Below, one piece after another: positions 36,767 through 45,962 of a DNA stretch of 62,459 nucleotides. The notes under the pieces were generated by a model, which ran no database searches, was not told the DNA's origin, and worked only from the letters and a program-made list of their open reading frames with translations. The stretch spans positions 1-62,459 of the IMG/VR virus record IMGVR_UViG_3300030099_001770; one strand, written 5' to 3'. Origin of the DNA: a virus. Lineage: Duplodnaviria; Caudoviricetes. The position numbers and the translations under genes were made by a program. The stretch's first letter is position 1, and each line of letters opens with the position of its first letter.

Positions 36767-37296
36767 TGTGAAATCTCCATAGCAGTAATGCTAAAACTAT
36801 CATCTGCGTTTGCCAGTATTCTTCCATATCCACTACCAGCTAACCTTGCAAGATATATTTTATAAATTAATGCACTTGTAGTTGCAGGCGAATCTAAATG
36901 TTGAAAAGAAGCCTGATGCAGTGTTGTAGCATTTGCATGATTCATATATCCAATATGTCTACTGACTTGACCAGAATTTAATCCAGAAACACCAGAGAAA
37001 GAACCACCAGCGACACTTTTATATAACGCAAGTTTAACTGCGTTAGCAAAAACTCCTTGTTGATAAAAACCTTGTGCATGAAAAGTAACAAGAATTTTAC
37101 TAGATGAAAATTTAGGCGTTATTGATACAGCAGCTGCTGTTGCACCATAAGTTGTTGAGGATATTGAAAAGTTAGTGTGAGTGCCATCTCCATTGTAACC
37201 TTGAAAGGTTTGTGTTTGTAAAACTGAACCAGCAGGCAATTTAACACTTGCAGCTGTGGTTTGTCCTTGAATTGTATCTACTGATAAAGTACTCAT
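36763..37296 (-). CDS. fibre tip (TP-SKIL type)
   Basis: N-tag MSTLSVDTI; ITPKFSSSKIL...DSPATTS...Y...AMEI. Confidence 0.7.
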   Translation of the reverse strand: MSTLSVDTIQGQTTAASVKLPAGSVLQTQTFQGYNGDGTHTNFSISSTTYGATAAAVSITPKFSSSKILVTFHAQGFYQQGVFANAVKLALYKSVAGGSFSGVSGLNSGQVSRHIGYMNHANATTLHQASFQHLDSPATTSALIYKIYLARLAGSGYGRILANADDSFSITAMEISQ

Positions 37297-37697
37297 ATGA
37301 TTGCTAACCTTCCAGTGGATGTGATAGTAAGAGTTGTTCCGTTTGCAATTGTCAATGGGCCTGTAGTAGACGCATTGTTATTAGCTGCAATTGTTACATT
37401 ACCAGTAGTTGCATTTAGATTTACACGAAAAAGATTATCTCTACCAGATGCGTTTCCATTTACAGAACCATCTTTTGCAATATAGTATCCAGCACCCAAC
37501 GCAACTGCATCAGCAATCTTATCTGCTGTTACAGCGTCATCAGCGATTTGTGCAGTTGTAATAGCGTTATTTGCAACATCATCTGCAACAATTACATCAG
37601 CACCAATCTTTGCAGAATTAACTGCATTATCAGCAAGGTCTGCTGTTGCAATCGTTCCGTCTAGGATACCTTTTGTTGTAATCTTTGAAAGTGCCAT
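37293..37697 (-). CDS. fibre adaptor (GPLT type), first gene of cassette 3
   Basis: N-tag MALSKI; AVT.AKI.D repeats; C-terminus LFRVN......VTI.....GPLTIANGTTLTI...GRLAII. Confidence 0.65.
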   Translation of the reverse strand: MALSKITTKGILDGTIATADLADNAVNSAKIGADVIVADDVANNAITTAQIADDAVTADKIADAVALGAGYYIAKDGSVNGNASGRDNLFRVNLNATTGNVTIAANNNASTTGPLTIANGTTLTITSTGRLAII

Positions 37698-37717
37698 CTA
37701 TTGTTCTCCAAAACTAT

Positions 37718-37891
37718 TTAGTCTGCATCTTTGATTGTTAAAGTACCTTTTTCAACTTGTTCCACCATCTCTACATAATGTCTATTTGTTGAGTCAATTG
37801 GAACACTTGTTTGTTTCCCATCAATGGTTGCACTTATACTTGTTCTAACACCATCTTCATTTTTAAAATATTTTGCATTTTCAATTAACAT
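37718..37891 (-). CDS. 57-aa fibre-associated chaperone (LTI.DAD type; not in ORF track)
   Basis: Manual translation MLIENAKYF...SVPIDSTNRHYVEMVEQVEKGTLTIKDAD; paralog of 40281 and 43765. Confidence 0.75.
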   Translation of the reverse strand: MLIENAKYFKNEDGVRTSISATIDGKQTSVPIDSTNRHYVEMVEQVEKGTLTIKDAD

Positions 37892-37894
37892 ATT

Positions 37895-38998
37895 TTATAA
37901 CTCCCCATCTGCTTCTATACCAGCATTTGTATTATTATTTCTATCAAGTCTACAACCATCACCAGTAGACCCACCTATACTATTATGGTCTAATCTAAAG
38001 TAACCACAAACTGTACCCATTTCTCTATTTCCAAAAGCAAGTGATGAGGTTGCACTAGCGTCAGAAACCATATTAGCAACTCTCATACCAGTTGTACCAG
38101 AAAGTGTTAATGTTGGTGGAGTTCTCATTTCAACTGATAATTGTTTGAAGAAAAATGTTCTTGTGCCACTTGACCTATGTCCTACTGCGATACCAGTATA
38201 AGCAGAACCAACGCCAGTTTCTCCAGCAAATTGTTGGAAATAGCGTTGACAAAGCGAAAGCTCTTCTGCAAAGGAGCGGTGTTCAAAATCTGAAGCAGTA
38301 TCGCCGACTTCAAGTTGGACGCCTGTAAGATAAAAATTGTTGGCTGTGTCATCAAACACATTCACTTGTCCAACTGCACGTTTGGTTGCATCATTATGCC
38401 AAGTGTTATCTGAATGTGTACCACTATTATAAGTAGCACTAGCAGCTAACCACCATGCAAGTTGTATACCTATACCATTATCATTGTTTAAAGCAGTTGT
38501 TTGATAACCATCAAAAGTCAATGTAACCTTTTGCCAAGTATTAGCAGATGCGATTGTATACTGTCGAGAATTAAAGTAATTAACATCACCATGATATAAT
38601 TCAACAATATGGGTGCCCGTTTTGGGTGACTTTACCCAAAACTGAAGTGTAAGTTTTTTTGCACTAGATGTTCCATAAAGAAGATGTTGTAAATTTTGTC
38701 CTTCTATTTTCTGTCTAATCATAGCATAATGACCAGAACCAGACATATTGCCTGCTGTTGTGACATCAACTTTTTGAGATGATGAAAATCCATTACCAGT
38801 TGGAACATCAGTATCTTGTGAGAGAGTAGAATTTGCTCCCCCTGCGGCTGCAAACTGATACCTATCTGCACCACCATATTTACCAGCGGCGCTCGTCACT
38901 GTGCCTCTCTGAGCCACTTGCATAGCACCATTAATAATAAGATTCCTACGACCACTTACGTTTTCCGTACCTCTTGATTTTACTTTAATTAACGTCAT
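37895..38998 (-). CDS. fibre tip with carbohydrate-binding-like domain (probable start MTLIKV at 38998)
   Basis: RRNLIINGAMQVAQRG...TGVQLEVG..AS.FEHRSF.EEL.LCQRYF. Confidence 0.72.
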   Translation of the reverse strand: MTLIKVKSRGTENVSGRRNLIINGAMQVAQRGTVTSAAGKYGGADRYQFAAAGGANSTLSQDTDVPTGNGFSSSQKVDVTTAGNMSGSGHYAMIRQKIEGQNLQHLLYGTSSAKKLTLQFWVKSPKTGTHIVELYHGDVNYFNSRQYTIASANTWQKVTLTFDGYQTTALNNDNGIGIQLAWWLAASATYNSGTHSDNTWHNDATKRAVGQVNVFDDTANNFYLTGVQLEVGDTASDFEHRSFAEELSLCQRYFQQFAGETGVGSAYTGIAVGHRSSGTRTFFFKQLSVEMRTPPTLTLSGTTGMRVANMVSDASATSSLAFGNREMGTVCGYFRLDHNSIGGSTGDGCRLDRNNNTNAGIEADGEL

Positions 38999-39387
38999 TC
39001 TGGTTTCTCCGGCCACTTAACATCTTCAAGTGACTTATAGTCTTTTGTAATATCACGAAGTGCTTGTCTGTATGTTTTCCAATCTACATCATTTGATAGA
39101 GTTACATCTCTATTCTGTGTCCAATCTGATTCTGCAAGAATACTATTACGAACTTCTCTTAATTGTTTTAGAGGTTCAGCAGCAACTAACTCATCATACT
39201 TTGCTTTTACTTTTGTCCAAGTAACACCAAAATCATCTGGATTTGTTGACCTAATAATACTTCCACTTTTATCATGACCAGTAATTTTTACAAAACTTTT
39301 TTCAAATTCTGTTTTTGATGTTGGTGTACCTTCTAATTCAAAATTAGAAATTCCTAACTCTATTAATGCTTGACTCATTGTTGCCAT
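38995..39387 (-). CDS. tail fibre assembly chaperone (probable start MATMSQ at 39387)
   Basis: LR..RN..LAESDW...W..YRQALRDIT...VKWP.KP; paralog of 26722. Confidence 0.75.
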   Translation of the reverse strand: MATMSQALIELGISNFELEGTPTSKTEFEKSFVKITGHDKSGSIIRSTNPDDFGVTWTKVKAKYDELVAAEPLKQLREVRNSILAESDWTQNRDVTLSNDVDWKTYRQALRDITKDYKSLEDVKWPEKPE

Positions 39388-39391
39388 GTCT

Positions 39392-40258
39392 TTACCCCAC
39401 AATTTCCATTGCAATTGCTGTTGATGTAGCAGAAGTATCATTATACATAACACCACTAGAACCAGTTGCAGTTCTATATTCAGCTCTATAAGTTATTTCA
39501 CTAGTTGTTGATGGCTCATCTAAGATTGTCATAACAATATTTCTGTGGTCACCTTGACTATTATTTCTACCTATTTCAGTATCAATATTGGTATTTGTAC
39601 CAGTACAAGCAGATGCACTACCACCTATGACTCTTGCAATTCTAGTATGAATATAACCAGCAACATTACCAAGTTTTCCATAGTAACCATTTATTGATAA
39701 AGTAACTAATATTTTACTTGAAGTTGATGTTGGTGTAATTACTACTCCTAAACCCATATCTGTATAATTACTGTTAGCAGCAACATTAAAAGTTGCTGTT
39801 CTTGTATTTTCTTGCACTTGTATAATTGAACCAGTAGGAAATCTTGCATTTGAAACTGTTCCAGTAAGTTTTGTTGCAGCCATACCAGCAATCTTTGCAT
39901 CTGTTACTGCACTTGAAGCAATTTTTGCAGAAGAAACAGCGTTTGTTGCAAGTTGTGTTGTGTTAACTGCACCATCACTTGGTGTTCCAACTAAAAGAGG
40001 TTCACCCATTGCAAGAATAAAATCAATACTATCTGAAGAAGTTAATGCACTTGAAAAAGTTAAAGTACTACCAGATACAGTAAATGAACTGCCCGGCTTC
40101 TGAATAACACCATTTAGTGAAACAAGAAGTTGGTTTGCAGAACTTGGTGTAAAGTTTGCACTATCTTTCTGTAATGTGTAACTTGCAGTCGCAGATGCTG
40201 TCAGAGCATCTAGAACTGAATATCCACCTACCTCTGGTTGTGTTCCTATAAACGGCAT
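39392..40258 (-). CDS. fibre branch protein (FIG tag) with TP-SKIL head
   Basis: MPFIGTQP; LLVSLNGVIQKP domain; AV..AKI repeats; ITPTS..SKIL head. Confidence 0.7.
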   Translation of the reverse strand: MPFIGTQPEVGGYSVLDALTASATASYTLQKDSANFTPSSANQLLVSLNGVIQKPGSSFTVSGSTLTFSSALTSSDSIDFILAMGEPLLVGTPSDGAVNTTQLATNAVSSAKIASSAVTDAKIAGMAATKLTGTVSNARFPTGSIIQVQENTRTATFNVAANSNYTDMGLGVVITPTSTSSKILVTLSINGYYGKLGNVAGYIHTRIARVIGGSASACTGTNTNIDTEIGRNNSQGDHRNIVMTILDEPSTTSEITYRAEYRTATGSSGVMYNDTSATSTAIAMEIVG

Positions 40259-40280
40259 TATCTAATTTCCTTTATCATAT

Positions 40281-40463
40281 TTATTCTGCATCTTTGATGG
40301 TTAATGTGCCTTCATCTTTTCTTTTCATAATTTCTGCATAGTCTGTGTTATCAAGAACTAATGGAACACAACAATTTGAATCATCATTGAATGTTACTAA
40401 TAAACTTACATTTTCTCCATTTTCTGCCTGATATTGTACTGTTTTAATATTTGAAATATTCAT
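40281..40463 (-). CDS. 60-aa fibre-associated chaperone (LTI.DAD type)
   Basis: VPL...N.DY.EI.....EGTLTIKDAE. Confidence 0.7.
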   Translation of the reverse strand: MNISNIKTVQYQAENGENVSLLVTFNDDSNCCVPLVLDNTDYAEIMKRKDEGTLTIKDAE

Positions 40464-40464
40464 C

Positions 40465-41511
40465 TTATAACTCCGCTATGAACTCAAGTGTACCAGTACC
40501 ACTAGCCCCATAAACTTGATATTGGTTGTTGGTTGCTATACTTCCACCATGATTAAAAACAAATGACATCGCTTGTGTTCCACCAACATTTGCAACAGAT
40601 GTAACGGCTTGTCCATTTAGTGTAAGACTACTTTGTGCCATAGTCGGTGTCGTTCTCAGTTCTACTGGTAATTGCATAGTGACATAAAATCTGCTTGTCG
40701 TATCTGAATAAGTAGAAACAACAAGTCTTGAATAGGCAGTATCAGAACCAATATTATATCTTTTATAATACCTCTGACAAGCTGCAAGCTCTTCTTCAAA
40801 AGAGCGGTGCTCAAATTCTGTAGATGCACTGCCTACTTCTAGTTGAACACCAGTAACATACCACTCGTTACTTGTATTATCAAAAAGGTTGACTTGATTA
40901 TCTGTAGCAAAAGCTGTGTTTGCTTCCCATGTGTCTGCTGTCTTACCATCATGATTAGTACCAGCAAGTAAAACAAAATTTAAATTAATTCCTTCAGAGT
41001 TGTTTGTGCTATATGTGCCAGTTGTGTCTCCAGAAAAAGTTATTACTTTATGCTCCCAAGTGTCTGCACTACTAATGCTGTACTCTGATGTAATGCTACG
41101 ACCACCTGACGCATTTCTGATAGCTACACAATAAGTTCCAGTTTTATTTGAACGAACCCAAAATGATACAGTAAATGATTTTGCAGAAGATGTTCCAAGA
41201 CCTAACTGATACATTGCATTTCCTTCTATACGTTGTGTGAATGACTGCAAATCAGTTGCTCCAAGACTTGTATCAGCAGTTGTTACATCAACTTTCATTG
41301 AATACAAAAAATTATTGTTAGGAACTGTTGTGCTTTGTGTAATTGTAGACCTTCCATCACCAGCAGCTTGTAGTTGCCATCTGTCTGAAGTGTAGGTGTT
41401 TGATGATATTGAAGTAAAAGACGTACCTCTTTGTGCTACATTCATAGCACCGTTGATTACAAGATTCCTACGACCAGTTGATGAAGACAATTGTATTTTA
41501 CTTAATGGCAT
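40465..41511 (-). CDS. fibre tip with carbohydrate-binding-like domain
   Basis: N-tag MPLSKI; RRNLVINGAMNVAQRG...TGVQLEVG...FEHRSF.EEL..CQRYY. Confidence 0.72.
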   Translation of the reverse strand: MPLSKIQLSSSTGRRNLVINGAMNVAQRGTSFTSISSNTYTSDRWQLQAAGDGRSTITQSTTVPNNNFLYSMKVDVTTADTSLGATDLQSFTQRIEGNAMYQLGLGTSSAKSFTVSFWVRSNKTGTYCVAIRNASGGRSITSEYSISSADTWEHKVITFSGDTTGTYSTNNSEGINLNFVLLAGTNHDGKTADTWEANTAFATDNQVNLFDNTSNEWYVTGVQLEVGSASTEFEHRSFEEELAACQRYYKRYNIGSDTAYSRLVVSTYSDTTSRFYVTMQLPVELRTTPTMAQSSLTLNGQAVTSVANVGGTQAMSFVFNHGGSIATNNQYQVYGASGTGTLEFIAEL

Positions 41512-41515
41512 CTGT

Positions 41516-41827
41516 TTACTCCGAAGGTGCAGTAGGCCACTTTACATCTTTTAGTGACTTATATGTGTTAGTTATATCACGAAGTTCTTGACGATACTTC
41601 TTCCAATCTGCAAAGTTAGAAACCGAACCACCTTCTTCTCTTTCTTTAATTACAACCCAATCTGAATGTGCAAGTCTTCTATCACGAGCTTCACGAAGAG
41701 ACTGTAAATCTAATGCTGGTTTAGTATTTTTTTCATAATCATTCCACTCAGCCGCAATCTTTTCTTTTTCTGATTGTGATAGAACTTTATCTGGTCTATC
41801 CCCTACATCTTTCCATGTATATGTCAT
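41516..41827 (-). CDS. tail fibre assembly chaperone
   Basis: LR..RD..L..SDW...WKKYRQELRDIT...VKWPT.P. Confidence 0.75.
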   Translation of the reverse strand: MTYTWKDVGDRPDKVLSQSEKEKIAAEWNDYEKNTKPALDLQSLREARDRRLAHSDWVVIKEREEGGSVSNFADWKKYRQELRDITNTYKSLKDVKWPTAPSE

Positions 41828-41842
41828 ATTCTTATCCTATCC

Positions 41843-42784
41843 TTAAGCGGTCTTTATTCCATAAAGACTAACTTTTGCATAAGTGTTACCACTTTCTGCT
41901 CTAAATCGTGCTCCATAGGTTCTTCCAGCAGATGTTGGATTACCAGATGCAATTTCTCTATAATAATTAGATGGGTCACGACCACCAGCGTCAGTCATAA
42001 AAATTGTTCTTTTGTCAGAGTCATATGGATGTGCAACTTGAATCCTTGCAGTGATTGGGTCATCTGCCGCTGTACCAAGATTTAAAAGACTTCTCCAAAC
42101 ACCTAAGTTAGTTTCTTTTAAAGCAGTAGTTCCATTACTACCAGATTCATAGATACATCTAAAACGCATGACCTCTGTATTTGATGCAGAAAATGTAGAA
42201 CCATTTTGTGAAGGGTCAACATGGAAAGAAGTTCCACCACCAGCATTATAGGCATAATGAACAATAAACTCATACATATCAAATGTATTGTCAAATGTTA
42301 CACCATTACTTCCATGTAGAAAATCAAGAGAAGAAGCATTTGAACCCTCTAGAGTTTTGATATGTTGATATGCAGAAGTTGCCGCTGGAAGTGTGGTTGT
42401 TCCAGAAAATGTATTTGCACCAGAAAATGTGTGGTTAGTTGAAATTGTTGAAGCAAGTTTTGCACCAGTAACAGCGTTAGCAATAATCTTATCCGTTGAA
42501 ACAGAGTTTGCACCTATACTTGTAGTAACTTGTGCGAAACTTTTATTAATGACATAGAAGTTTAAACCAGCGTCAGGCGCTTCAGACATAGTAAGAGTTG
42601 TACCAGCAGCTGTATACGCTGTGGTAGGTTCTTGTCTTACGTTACCTACAAAGACCTCAAGGTCATTTGCAGTCGCAACTGGATTTGTTAATGTGAAAAC
42701 AGTCGTTGAACCATTTGGGGTAAAAGACTGTTTTGGGAACGAACTTACAAATCCTTGCGTTGGTGTAGTTCCTATGAACGGCAT
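41843..42784 (-). CDS. fibre branch protein (FIG tag) with C-terminal head
   Basis: MPFIGTTP; F..NGSTT.FTL...VFVGNVRQEP domain; C-terminus ..SLYGIK. Confidence 0.7.
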   Translation of the reverse strand: MPFIGTTPTQGFVSSFPKQSFTPNGSTTVFTLTNPVATANDLEVFVGNVRQEPTTAYTAAGTTLTMSEAPDAGLNFYVINKSFAQVTTSIGANSVSTDKIIANAVTGAKLASTISTNHTFSGANTFSGTTTLPAATSAYQHIKTLEGSNASSLDFLHGSNGVTFDNTFDMYEFIVHYAYNAGGGTSFHVDPSQNGSTFSASNTEVMRFRCIYESGSNGTTALKETNLGVWRSLLNLGTAADDPITARIQVAHPYDSDKRTIFMTDAGGRDPSNYYREIASGNPTSAGRTYGARFRAESGNTYAKVSLYGIKTA

Positions 42785-42793
42785 CCTTTACTC

Positions 42794-43129
42794 CTATGTA
42801 ATCTGCATTAAACCAAGAACTGCGTCAAGTGATGAAGCTGCACTTGCTTGAACTTTTAATATATCACTTGCCTCTAAGACATATTTCTGACCAGCGAGAA
42901 CTTCAAGTGTTGTGTTCGCTGGGATTGTTACTTCATTTAGTAACAGTCTTGTTGCGTTACTGTCAGATGCATCAGTGAACTGAACACTTGCAGTTACAGA
43001 GTTATCTGTCTTATTTGTAATTGCAAGTCCTAAAATAATTGCAGTTGTAGATGCTGGACAAGTATACAAAGTTGCAAATGCAGAATGGTTGACTGAAGCG
43101 AGTGATGCGTTTTTAAATGTATTAGCCAT
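42794..43129 (-). CDS. fibre hub protein (MAN-F type)
   Basis: MANTFKN...LYT.P...V.IP...TL....QK.VL...D.L.V.AS....LD; follows an ALG-ending gene. Confidence 0.65.
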   Translation of the reverse strand: MANTFKNASLASVNHSAFATLYTCPASTTAIILGLAITNKTDNSVTASVQFTDASDSNATRLLLNEVTIPANTTLEVLAGQKYVLEASDILKVQASAASSLDAVLGLMQIT

Positions 43130-43136
43130 ATTCCTT

Positions 43137-43742
43137 TTATCCTAAAGCGATTGCGAGTGCAGTAGCATCATCAGCAGGGTCAAATGTTAATTTTGCTTTT
43201 GTTATTGTACTATCTGCAACAGTATTTATAGTGTTTGCTTGTGATAACTGTATCACTTGTATATTATTAGTACCACTTGGTGGTGCAGAAGTAAATGTCA
43301 AAGTTGCACCATCAACTGTGTATGCAAAACTAGAACCAAACCTCTGGTATACATTATCTACAAATACAATAAAATTGTTTGCACTACTTCCAGAAGGTAC
43401 TTGTGTTAATGTAAATGCAGTCGTTGAACCATCACCATTAAACTCATCAATATGTGGTGATGCAAGTGCAGACACCATTGATACAGTAGAACGACCAAGG
43501 AACACAATAAAAATTCTAGAACCATTACTTGGTGCAGACGCAAAAGTAATCTTTGGTGAACCAGTTGACAAAGAAATATTGTATGAAAACGAGGGTTCTT
43601 GAATAATACCATCCAATGACACAAGAAGTTGTCCTGCTTGTGCAACTGGAAATTCAAGAGTAAATGTCGCAGTTGAACCGTCACCAGTTATTAACTGTTT
43701 GTCAAAACTACCGTGTGATGGCTCTAATCCAATGTAACTCAT
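43137..43742 (-). CDS. fibre branch protein (YIG tag, two GDG domains, C-terminal ALG tag)
   Basis: MSYIGLEP; two GDGST..FTL...V..D...Q domains; ends DDATALAIALG. Confidence 0.7.
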   Translation of the reverse strand: MSYIGLEPSHGSFDKQLITGDGSTATFTLEFPVAQAGQLLVSLDGIIQEPSFSYNISLSTGSPKITFASAPSNGSRIFIVFLGRSTVSMVSALASPHIDEFNGDGSTTAFTLTQVPSGSSANNFIVFVDNVYQRFGSSFAYTVDGATLTFTSAPPSGTNNIQVIQLSQANTINTVADSTITKAKLTFDPADDATALAIALG

Positions 43743-43764
43743 TATTGTTTTCCTTTAAACATAT

Positions 43765-43965
43765 TTAGTCTGCATCTGCGATTGTTAAGTCACCATCAGC
43801 AACCATTTGCATTAGAGTAACGTAATTCATATTTGCTTCATCTGTTGGAACAAATAAATCGTCACCCTCTTTCATAACAACTCTTACATACTCTTTTAAT
43901 TTTTTTGTACCATCCATTTGAACAGTATCACTATATTTTGCTGATTTAATATTACTAGTATCCAT
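43765..43965 (-). CDS. 66-aa fibre-associated chaperone (LTI.DAD type)
   Basis: FVP.D..N..Y.....V..G.LTIADAD. Confidence 0.7.
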   Translation of the reverse strand: MDTSNIKSAKYSDTVQMDGTKKLKEYVRVVMKEGDDLFVPTDEANMNYVTLMQMVADGDLTIADAD

Positions 43966-43973
43966 AATAACTC

Positions 43974-45182
43974 CTATAATTCTGCATCAGCGACATAGAA
44001 AGGTGCTGTTGCATCAAAGTGTCCAGCGTTTCCAGCAACTCCACTTACAACTAAATTATACTGAAACCCAACTCTATCTCCATTTTGAGGAACACGATTA
44101 GATATTGACCTAGAAGCACCAGCGACATATAATGCCTGACCAGTACTAGTTAAAGAAACACTTGGTGAAGCTCTCATTTGTACTGGATATCTAACCCAAG
44201 AATACGCATTAGAATTAGTATTACAACTAAAAACTGCACCATATGTATAACTATCACCGCCTTTATTGTAATATCTTTGACAAAGCAATAATGTCTCAGA
44301 TTGACTTAAATTTTCAAATGGAGTAGCAGTAGGGCCATTTTCCAATTGTACATGAGATATTTCAAATGTTCCTGCTTGATTTCCAATACTACCAGTTCTT
44401 GCATTAAAGTCAGAACCAGCACTTAACCAAAATCCAATTTCAAAACTAGAAGAATCTGCTGCTGTACCAATTGTTTTTCCAGAAACACTTCCGAATGTAA
44501 ATGTGTGAGTATATCTTGCCCATGAGGTTGTTAAGGTTTTTGTTGATAATTGAGAACCAGTACCTAAAACTCTACTACTTGGACTACCACCAGTTCCAAA
44601 ATTTTGAATTGGTTCAATAGCAATTTTTAAACCAGCAGATGATGCTTTAGCATAAAATGAAAGTGTCATTTGTTGTGAATTTGAAAGAAGAACATTTTCA
44701 ATATGATGATTAATAGTGGAATATGCACCAGAGGCACTATTTGCAGAGACTACTGCTCTTGCATAAAAAGATGCTTGTGGAACATCAGTCTGACCTACAG
44801 TATGGTCTTGTTTTGAAAACACTGTAGCTGCACTTCCAGCCCATGTTTTCCATCTATCAAGTGACACATATTGACCAGCAACACTAGATGCAGAAGTGGC
44901 CCTTTGTGCTATAGAAAAATCACCATTAATAATATAATTTCTTCTACCATTAAACGCACCACCACCCTTTGCAGTTGTGACAGCACCGTCAACAATATTT
45001 GCAGTTACAACAGAATCGTCAGCAAGTTTTGCAGATGTAACTGCGTCAGCAGCAAGTTTTGCAGTTGTAACTGCGTCAGCAGCAAGTTTTGCAGTTGTAA
45101 TAGAACCATCAGCGACATCTGCGACTGCAATAGTAGATTCGTTATTTAAAAGTTCTGCTAAATTTTTTGCGTTACTAGCCAT
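43974..45182 (-). CDS. fibre tip with stalk repeats and carbohydrate-binding-like domain
   Basis: MASNAKNLA; AVTTAKLAAD repeats; RRNYIINGDF.IAQR...VQLE.G..ATPFE...CQRYY. Confidence 0.72.
   Translation of the reverse strand: MASNAKNLAELLNNESTIAVADVADGSITTAKLAADAVTTAKLAADAVTSAKLADDSVVTANIVDGAVTTAKGGGAFNGRRNYIINGDFSIAQRATSASSVAGQYVSLDRWKTWAGSAATVFSKQDHTVGQTDVPQASFYARAVVSANSASGAYSTINHHIENVLLSNSQQMTLSFYAKASSAGLKIAIEPIQNFGTGGSPSSRVLGTGSQLSTKTLTTSWARYTHTFTFGSVSGKTIGTAADSSSFEIGFWLSAGSDFNARTGSIGNQAGTFEISHVQLENGPTATPFENLSQSETLLLCQRYYNKGGDSYTYGAVFSCNTNSNAYSWVRYPVQMRASPSVSLTSTGQALYVAGASRSISNRVPQNGDRVGFQYNLVVSGVAGNAGHFDATAPFYVADAEL
45001..45100. repeat. 30-bp coding tandem repeat (AVT.AKLA.D decapeptide)
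   Basis: GCAGTTGTAACTGCGTCAGCAGCAAGTTTT-like unit, about 3 copies. Confidence 0.85.
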
Positions 45183-45961
45183 TATACGAAATACCTCGCC
45201 ATTATTTGCGAATTATTTACTGGTGTAAATGTGAACGTAAGAGTTGCACCAGAAATACCATAATCCGTTGTTGGTTTCATTGCAACACCATTGTAAAAAA
45301 CAAACACATCATTGACAGATGCATTATTACTTAAAGTAAATGCAGTAGTAGAACCGTTACCAGTAAAGTTATCTAGGAACATTGATAATGCTCTTCTTGC
45401 AGTTGTTCTAATACCAAGATGTTTCACTTCAATCTCTGCACCATTGTCTGGTGCAGCTGTAAATGTAATCACTCCAGTTGTCGTATTGAGTGAATAGTTT
45501 GTTGATGACTTCTGTAAAATACCGTCAACAAACACCATAATTTGTGATGCGTTTGCTGGAATTTCTGATAAGGTCACTGTAGTTGCAGAACCATTACCAG
45601 TAAATGCATCCGTGGTAAATGTTTTTAATGCGTCAGATAATTCATTCGCACCAACAGAACCAGCTGGTGGTGAATGAAGAATAGTTGTTAGACCGTGATG
45701 AATAACATAGATACTATCACCATTTGCAGGCGTTCCAGTAAATGTAAGAATTTTTGGTTTATCATTTGAGTCATCACCAATTGTATAGGCAACGTCTGGT
45801 TCTTGAACAACATTGTTTACCACAACCATAATGTTCTGAGAAGAACCCCCAGGCACTTCATTTGTTAGAGTAAAAGTTGTAGCACTTCCATCTCCAGTAA
45901 AGTCCTCTTTCAAGAACTTTGGACTAACTCTGTTTTCAATTGACGCACCTATGTATGCCAT
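45182..45961 (-). CDS. fibre branch protein (YIG tag, three GDG/GNG domains)
   Basis: MAYIGASI; three copies of D.FTG[DN]GS.T..TL...V......Q/M...DY......L/ITFT..P.N. Confidence 0.7.
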   Translation of the reverse strand: MAYIGASIENRVSPKFLKEDFTGDGSATTFTLTNEVPGGSSQNIMVVVNNVVQEPDVAYTIGDDSNDKPKILTFTGTPANGDSIYVIHHGLTTILHSPPAGSVGANELSDALKTFTTDAFTGNGSATTVTLSEIPANASQIMVFVDGILQKSSTNYSLNTTTGVITFTAAPDNGAEIEVKHLGIRTTARRALSMFLDNFTGNGSTTAFTLSNNASVNDVFVFYNGVAMKPTTDYGISGATLTFTFTPVNNSQIMARYFV

Positions 45962-45962
45962 A

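Noticed and set aside
45001-45100. CRISPR-like array
   Set aside because: These are contiguous in-frame 30-bp coding repeats with no unique spacers.
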